From positions 10,615 to 74,614 of IMG/VR virus record IMGVR_UViG_3300023179_009503: a DNA stretch of 64,000 nt, one strand, 5' to 3'. Under the pieces are notes generated by a model. That model saw nothing but the letters and a program-made list of their open reading frames with translations, had not been told where the DNA came from and did not search any database. Both the position numbers and the translations under genes were made by a program. Of the stretch, positions 58,534 through 64,000 are shown piece after piece (the stretch's first letter is position 1; each line of letters begins with the position of its first letter). The stretch comes from a virus.

Positions 58534-59071
58534 CACTTTTAGCTCTATTACCTACCTGAGAAGCCCATTTACTATTTTTTAGTTCTTCTGCTGCTTTAAC
58601 ATAATCACCTACAATAATAGCTTCTTTGGTTTTTATAAATTTATTAAGCCTGTTAATACCCATATTAAAAGACAGATCGAGTATAGCTAGCTTTATATTT
58701 TTAGGTAGCCCGTCAAAATTAGTAATCCATGATTTTGAATCTTTGTAAGCTATTGTAAGTGTTATTTTAAATATTTCTTTTATTTGATTATCTGTAAGTT
58801 CTGATTTTCCGGAAATAATGTTATTGTAATTTGCTCCTACTTGATTTAGGATTTTTTTAGCATCTGGTCTAGTTAGATTAAACCCTATGCCAATTGTAGG
58901 TATACCTAATGAATCATTATATACCTTTGGTCTATAGCCTTCATGGTCCTTAATAAATTTAAAAATATCATCAAATGTAAGCTTTGTATCCTCTGCTTTT
59001 TGTATAATAGCAGGAGGAGGTAAATCAGCTACATCTTCTAATAAAAAATTAACTAGGTCGTCAAATCGCAC
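58505..59071 (-). CDS. Phage lysozyme (GH24-like) with propeptide-like N-terminus
   Basis: HEG.R...Y.DSLGIPTIGIG, D.SFNMG, F, SKWASQVG.RA. Confidence 0.9.
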   Translation of the reverse strand: MRFDDLVNFLLEDVADLPPPAIIQKAEDTKLTFDDIFKFIKDHEGYRPKVYNDSLGIPTIGIGFNLTRPDAKKILNQVGANYNNIISGKSELTDNQIKEIFKITLTIAYKDSKSWITNFDGLPKNIKLAILDLSFNMGINRLNKFIKTKEAIIVGDYVKAAEELKNSKWASQVGNRAKSVIGLFLASS

Positions 59072-59075
59072 CTAA

Positions 59076-59741
59076 TTATTTATTGTTTTTACTCAAAACA
59101 AATATACCAACACCCTCCCACCACTCTAGTCTTTGATTGCCAAAATTATGTTTATGTATCTCTAATCTATAATCTTCATTGAGATTTAATTGCTTTATAG
59201 CCTCATTAGTACCTTCTACTGCATTAGGGTCTATCCAATCATCGACAATAAAGATAAAATTATCTGCTAGCGTTTCGTAGTAATAGCTTAACGCTTGAAA
59301 TTGTTCATGTTTTTTATGACCACCATCATAAAAATATACATTTACATTATTAATATCAGTCTTTTTTAAATCTAAATCAAAACAATCAGCTTGAATAAAA
59401 TTAGGCTCTTTACCAACATGTGTTCTAAAATTATTTAAAAATAAATTCATTAAACTAAGATCGTAGTTTGACCAAATCCAATTATCGATAAGCCAGTGTT
59501 TATCTATATTATCGATATTGTCTTTTAGAGCAGATACAGAAGTAGATCCCCCGCAAATACCTATTTCTAGGTATCTGGTTTTTTTACCTACAGTGCGTAA
59601 TAAATGATTTAAAAACTGTCTAAATCTATTACCGCTCATTCCTTCAAGTCCAAAAACTTGATAAGGGAGCGTATTTTTTGTGTCATCGTTAGCTAAAGCA
59701 AGAGCAGTTTCAACATAATTTTGAAGCTCTTTAGAATCCAT
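59076..59741 (-). CDS. Class I SAM-dependent methyltransferase (Methyltransf_24-like)
   Basis: YLEIG...GST, IDNW, FYDGGH, IVDDW. Confidence 0.82.
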   Translation of the reverse strand: MDSKELQNYVETALALANDDTKNTLPYQVFGLEGMSGNRFRQFLNHLLRTVGKKTRYLEIGICGGSTSVSALKDNIDNIDKHWLIDNWIWSNYDLSLMNLFLNNFRTHVGKEPNFIQADCFDLDLKKTDINNVNVYFYDGGHKKHEQFQALSYYYETLADNFIFIVDDWIDPNAVEGTNEAIKQLNLNEDYRLEIHKHNFGNQRLEWWEGVGIFVLSKNNK

Positions 59742-59756
59742 AAAGTTACTTATTTA

Positions 59757-60323
59757 TTAATTTAATACTGCAACTTTAACTACTTTAGGATATTTACTTG
59801 CAAATAGCATGGCATCTTTTTTATGTTCAAAGAAAACATCTATTACAGGAAGCTTTCCGTTTGATGCGCTTTTTGCAACTACAGCAGAGCCGGTATCTAC
59901 AGCTTTTACTAAACCTACATTAGGTATTATGACTTCTTTTCTATAAGGAATAATGCGCGGATCAACTGCAATAGACTCACCTTGTTTTAAAGTATAGCCG
60001 GTAGAGCTTTTCTTTTTAGAGCTATAATAATCTGTACCATCACCTTTAGCCCAATAAACTGTAAGTCTAACTGTCATAATTTTAAATCCACTATTATTTG
60101 TTTTAGGTATAAACTCATCTTTATATACAACACCGTCTGCTTTTACTTTAATATTCTTTGAGACCACTTTTTCTTCTACTAATGGCAATGATTTTAATTC
60201 TGCTTTAACGTCTTTAATAGTTTTTTTACTTTCATTAAATCCTGTATAGCACAATTGCGCTGTAGAGACAATTAAGGCTGTTATGATTAATACTAGCTTG
60301 TTTATTTTTGTGTTAGTTTTCAT
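59757..60323 (-). CDS. 3D-domain (MltA-like) cell-wall enzyme with N-terminal signal/TM
   Basis: LTVYW, SSTG, IAVDPRIIPY, AVDTGSAV, IDVFF. Confidence 0.85.
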   Translation of the reverse strand: MKTNTKINKLVLIITALIVSTAQLCYTGFNESKKTIKDVKAELKSLPLVEEKVVSKNIKVKADGVVYKDEFIPKTNNSGFKIMTVRLTVYWAKGDGTDYYSSKKKSSTGYTLKQGESIAVDPRIIPYRKEVIIPNVGLVKAVDTGSAVVAKSASNGKLPVIDVFFEHKKDAMLFASKYPKVVKVAVLN

Positions 60324-60385
60324 AAAAGATTAGTTCGCCTTAGCGGCTGAAGCCCATATATGGGTTAAAATAATATGTCTTATAT

Positions 60386-60841
60386 TTATTCTAGTTTAGC
60401 TATTTCCCAAGGAAAGTCAAGCCAAATATTATCGTCAAATTCTCTCACATAATAAGTAGGTGTAAATTTAGTAGATTTTTTTATATAAAGTGTTGCAAAT
60501 CTATAATATTTAAATTCGTGTGTATCTAGATAATCTTTGACACACAGTAATGTTGAACCTTTATCTGATAAATCATCTATGACTAAAACTTTTTTATCTC
60601 TATAATCTGAATTAAACTTTATTCCTGGAGGCTGAGTTACAACAATATCCCCAGCTAGCTTTTCTTTGTAGCTTTTTAAGCCAAAATTAAAAACTTTGCA
60701 GTCTAGCAAATGAGATAGCATAACACCAGGTACTAACCCTCCCCGGCCTAATGAAAGTATAGCATCGCAATATTTAACCTCACCTGCAAGTATTGTACAG
60801 TCTTGTTCTATTTCAGACCACCCGAGCGCTAACTTATGCAT
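60386..60841 (-). CDS. Purine phosphoribosyltransferase (XGPRT-like)
   Basis: RGGLVP, VLVIDDLSDKGSTL, WLDFPWE. Confidence 0.9.
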   Translation of the reverse strand: MHKLALGWSEIEQDCTILAGEVKYCDAILSLGRGGLVPGVMLSHLLDCKVFNFGLKSYKEKLAGDIVVTQPPGIKFNSDYRDKKVLVIDDLSDKGSTLLCVKDYLDTHEFKYYRFATLYIKKSTKFTPTYYVREFDDNIWLDFPWEIAKLE

Positions 60842-60872
60842 TTATTTTATAATAATCTATATTATTAAAATT

Positions 60873-61145
60873 TCAAATTTTAGTTATTAATTTAGTAATA
60901 TCTTCTTTTAGTTTGTTTAAGTTAGTAAGAATAAAATGGTAATCGTCTTTTAGTCCTCTAGAAGCTCTTTGTGTCATATTATTGAGATCTAAAGCTATTC
61001 TTCTTTTTAATGTTGTATCTTCTTCACCCTCACTTCTCACAGTACTATATTCTTTAGGAGCATAAGCATAAGAATCAGTATTACGCTCAGTATGATTAAT
61101 GCCCTGATTATATGATTCAAATAGGGCTTTTATATCCTTGTTCAC
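60873..61145 (-). CDS. Hypothetical, probable virion-internal protein
   Basis: MNKDIKALFE|SY, similar to the N-terminus of 2546..3448; TAAATA-N5-GTG. Confidence 0.7.
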   Translation of the reverse strand: MNKDIKALFESYNQGINHTERNTDSYAYAPKEYSTVRSEGEEDTTLKRRIALDLNNMTQRASRGLKDDYHFILTNLNKLKEDITKLITKI

Positions 61146-61157
61146 TTAAGTATTTAT
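61146..61157. promoter_or_regulatory. Overlapping divergent late promoters in a 12-bp gap
   Basis: TAAGTA + (61147..61152) and TAAATA - (61156..61151), each 5 nt from a start codon. Confidence 0.7.
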
Positions 61158-61394
61158 ATGGCTGATGATTCTGAAGCTATAAAAAAACGAAAAGCAGCTG
61201 CGGCAAGAATTTGTAAAGATGCACAATATTATAAAGTCTGTGAAGGTTGCGAATCAGTCGTTCTAGAAGATAGTGTATTTTGTCCAGTTTGTGATGCTTA
61301 TAGATTTGATAATAATGTTGAGAGAATAAAGAAGACGGTTAACGAATTAGCAAAAAGAGAGAGAACAGCGGTATTACCCTCTGATTTTATCTAA
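61158..61394 (+). CDS. Zinc-ribbon protein
   Basis: CEGC...CPVC; TAAGTA-N5-ATG. Confidence 0.75.
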   Translation: MADDSEAIKKRKAAAARICKDAQYYKVCEGCESVVLEDSVFCPVCDAYRFDNNVERIKKTVNELAKRERTAVLPSDFI

Positions 61395-61535
61395 AGGAAC
61401 GTAGTCATTTAAATAGTGTGAAAGAAGAATAACCTTCTTCATAATTTCTTCCTTCTTAGCACCTTTACTTTTTTTTGCTTCAGCGTATAAGTCTAATATC
61501 TGATCGGCGGTAATTTTTTTTCTCCCCGCATTCAT
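61374..61535 (-). CDS. Small hypothetical protein
   Basis: TAAATA-N5-ATG fixes start at 61535 (MNAGRKK). Confidence 0.55.
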   Translation of the reverse strand: MNAGRKKITADQILDLYAEAKKSKGAKKEEIMKKVILLSHYLNDYVPLDKIRG

Positions 61536-61592
61536 AATAATATTTATTCTTAATCGAGTTGCATTTTTATTCAAGTATAATAATATAAGTAT

Positions 61593-61787
61593 ATGTCAAA
61601 CGTTAACCCTCTTACATTACAAGAACATGTTGCAACCTTTACTGCCGAATACGAAAAGTTTTCTAGCGGTAATAATGCCGCAGGAACTCGCGCTCGCAAG
61701 GCACTTCAAGAAGTAATTAAGTTTGCTCGTGAAGCTCGCAAAAGCGTTCAGGAAGAAAAGAACGCCCGCAAAGCTTCTAAGTCTTAA
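61593..61787 (+). CDS. Hc1-like (histone H1-like) nucleoid protein
   Basis: GNNAAGTRARKALQE...R..VQE.KN. Confidence 0.78.
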   Translation: MSNVNPLTLQEHVATFTAEYEKFSSGNNAAGTRARKALQEVIKFAREARKSVQEEKNARKASKS

Positions 61788-62361
61788 TACAAAACATTAA
61801 GGCTACATTACGTGGCCGGGTCTCCGTGCCTATTCTTGGCGTACCGTTAATACCGTCCTGTACTACAGTACGTGCATAAAAAGTAGGGTTTGCAGTATCA
61901 CCACCTGTACCCGCAAAAGGTTTATTATATGGTGCACCAGATGTGCCGGTAAAACCATCATTTGTCGAATGCCAGTGACCTTGAAATTGATCTAATTGAC
62001 TTGATCCTATTACTCTACCGGAATCAATACCTCTATTATTATCCCAACCTCTTGGGAACTGACCTCTCATATCAGGTAAATTGAAAGTTGTAGAACCATC
62101 ACCTGCACCATATGTTGTTTGTAAAATGTTGAATAAAGCAGAGTACGTAGTGCGGTTTACTGCTTGACCGTTACATTCTAAATAGCCTTCAGGCGGAGTG
62201 GTGATTGCCCACATTATAATTGAACCTGTAATTGCACCCGTAGTCCCTCTTATCTGAGATACTGTTGCTTTAAGTGTTTGATTGCCATCAGATATCGGTA
62301 AAACATCTGTGATATTAACGTTTGCTGCAGGATTTAATCTACTAATGGTTATATCTGCCAT
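61777..62361 (-). CDS. Tail collar-domain fibre protein
   Basis: GSIIMW...PEGYLECNGQ...Y..LF...YGAGDGSTTFNLPD.RG.F.RG, ETRPRNVAL. Confidence 0.9.
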   Translation of the reverse strand: MADITISRLNPAANVNITDVLPISDGNQTLKATVSQIRGTTGAITGSIIMWAITTPPEGYLECNGQAVNRTTYSALFNILQTTYGAGDGSTTFNLPDMRGQFPRGWDNNRGIDSGRVIGSSQLDQFQGHWHSTNDGFTGTSGAPYNKPFAGTGGDTANPTFYARTVVQDGINGTPRIGTETRPRNVALMFCIKT

Positions 62362-62415
62362 AATAATTATTTATCTATTTTTTAGATAACAATTTATAAA
62401 TAATATTGTATAATT

Positions 62416-64000
62416 ATGGATTGGTTAGATGATTATTTAGATGCGCTATCGGACGGCAAAAGTTATAATTTTCCGCCTGATAAAATAACCTGGAATAAAC
62501 CAGTACCTAACCAAGTACAAAAAAAATTAATTTTTGATTCAATGGCTGATTCGGAGGCCGAAAAGCGATTATTATTTGAAAAAAGATTTCATGAGCTTAG
62601 TAAGCTAGAAGAGGAGTCAGCAGGAAGTTATACAGCAGGCGATATAGGAAATATTACACAAGAATATTCCGTTAATAATAACGGTGAAATAATAACGCTT
62701 TCGCCTACTTCAAACATATTACAGGTTACCGTTTCTAATACAGTAACATATTTTACAATACAAGGTGATGGTTTTTCTTTTAATGTTTTAAATGACTTTG
62801 ATGTAAATGATTTCAATAGCTGCTATCTTTCAGCTTTTAATTTAGTTAACATAACGACTGACGATGATCAAATATTTGTCGGTGATAGTTCAAGCTTTGT
62901 TACATCTCAATCACTTTATTATACGTGGTTTTATACAAGTACCGGATCTGCCATTTTTACCTTTAATAAGACAGAATCACCTGCAGTTACACCTTCAGTT
63001 ACACCTACAACAACACCTACACCTTCAATTACACCCTCTAAGACTGCTACACCAACAACAACATCGAGTACAACGCCCACGCCGTCAGTTACTACTACAA
63101 CTACACCCACTACAACACCAACATCTACTCCCGGGGCAACGCCTACAGTAACACCAAGCATCACACCTTCAAATACATTTACAACAACTCCTACTAATAC
63201 ACCAACTAACACTTCAACAAGCACACCTACTAATACACCAACAAATACCAATACACCAACTAATACCCCATCTGTTACAGTGACGTCAACAGTTACAAGA
63301 ACACCTACAAATACAGTAACTTCAACAGTTACAACAACACCTTCTGTTACACCATCCAATACACCTACAATAACACAAACGCCATCTAATCAGCCTATAG
63401 TACCATCACAAACACCAACAAATACAGTAACACCAACTAACACACCTTCTAATACAGTAACGCAGTCTATTACCCCGACCAACACGCCTTCAGAGACACC
63501 TACTAATACACCTTCTAAAACTGCTACAAATACACCAACACCTACACCAACACCAACTTTAACACCAACAGTAACTGTTACAGTTACTAATACAGTAACG
63601 CCTTCAATAACTGTTACACCTACGATAACGCAAACAGCAACACCTACAGTCACATCAACAGCAACACCTACAAATACACCAACAAACACAGTAACACCTA
63701 CAATAACACCGTCTAATACTGTAACTGTAACGCCTAGTATTACAGTTACATCTTCTATAACACCTACTAATACTCCTTCTGAAACACCCACAAATACACC
63801 AACAAATACGGTAACACCGACGGTAACAGTAACAGTAACAGAAACACCAACCAATACTCCAACTAATACACCAACTAACACTGTCACAGTAACTAATACA
63901 TCATCTGAAACACCGACTAACACACCATCCGAAACTCCAACCAATACGCCTTCTGAGACACCGACTAATACACCGTCTGAAACACCAACTAATACACCTT
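62416..64000 (+). CDS. Large protein with mucin-like Thr/Pro/Ser/Val region, truncated by window edge
   Basis: Not in ORF track. Open frame from ATG 62416 (MDWLDDYL...) to the window end; from about 62975 nearly every second residue is Thr. Confidence 0.88.
   Translation, partial: MDWLDDYLDALSDGKSYNFPPDKITWNKPVPNQVQKKLIFDSMADSEAEKRLLFEKRFHELSKLEEESAGSYTAGDIGNITQEYSVNNNGEIITLSPTSNILQVTVSNTVTYFTIQGDGFSFNVLNDFDVNDFNSCYLSAFNLVNITTDDDQIFVGDSSSFVTSQSLYYTWFYTSTGSAIFTFNKTESPAVTPSVTPTTTPTPSITPSKTATPTTTSSTTPTPSVTTTTTPTTTPTSTPGATPTVTPSITPSNTFTTTPTNTPTNTSTSTPTNTPTNTNTPTNTPSVTVTSTVTRTPTNTVTSTVTTTPSVTPSNTPTITQTPSNQPIVPSQTPTNTVTPTNTPSNTVTQSITPTNTPSETPTNTPSKTATNTPTPTPTPTLTPTVTVTVTNTVTPSITVTPTITQTATPTVTSTATPTNTPTNTVTPTITPSNTVTVTPSITVTSSITPTNTPSETPTNTPTNTVTPTVTVTVTETPTNTPTNTPTNTVTVTNTSSETPTNTPSETPTNTPSETPTNTPSETPTNTP
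63904..63999 (+). repeat. Four 24-nt coding repeats (SETPTNTP)
   Basis: Protein-identical units with variable third codon positions. Confidence 0.8.

Noticed and set aside
62864-63944. Val/Gly-rich minus-strand ORFs (62931..63359, 63390..63944) and the Leu/Gln/His ORF at 62864
   Set aside because: Antisense or off-frame shadows of the Thr/Pro-rich gene starting at 62416.
63460-64000. CRISPR-like or satellite repeats
   Set aside because: Units are in-frame peptide repeats with wobble variation and no unique spacers.
1-64000. Stop-codon reassignment
   Set aside because: Core genes are full length under the standard code, and TAA, TAG and TGA all occur as real stops.

Overview
AT-rich segment of a large T4-like (myovirus-type) bacteriophage genome, with no tRNA, rRNA, CRISPR, intron or intein that I can support. 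It contains (i) a T4-like replication/recombination block: gp41 helicase cut by the left edge, uvsX, gp43, gp46/47, gp55 late sigma, uvsW/uvsY, gp62, a DinG helicase and nrdAB; (ii) a head/neck block (gp15, gp20, gp13, gp4, gp21, gp22, gp23) plus gp5 and several fibre genes; (iii) a dispersed but complete 7-deazaguanine pathway (folE, queD, queE, queC, queF) with an operon encoding a DpdA-like transglycosylase, PurN-like formyltransferase, GMP reductase, DUF1599-like protein and kinase, which predicts formyl-preQ1 in DNA; and (iv) six glycosyltransferase-like genes and a mucin-like Thr/Pro protein cut by the right edge. The most striking unexplained observations are: an 87-aa protein that copies the predicted mature N-terminal arm of the major capsid protein (20/22 aa identical while synonymous sites have diverged); about 15 proteins with capsid-targeting-like propeptides, including a nuclease-like / RNA-ligase-like / HIGH-nucleotidyltransferase operon; widespread leaderless gene architecture (TAA[A/G]TA-N5-start and TAnAnT-N6-start); one amidotransferase that appears to start at ATT behind a perfect Shine-Dalgarno; and a late-promoter small structured RNA candidate. 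All family calls come from motif recognition by eye. No database search was run.
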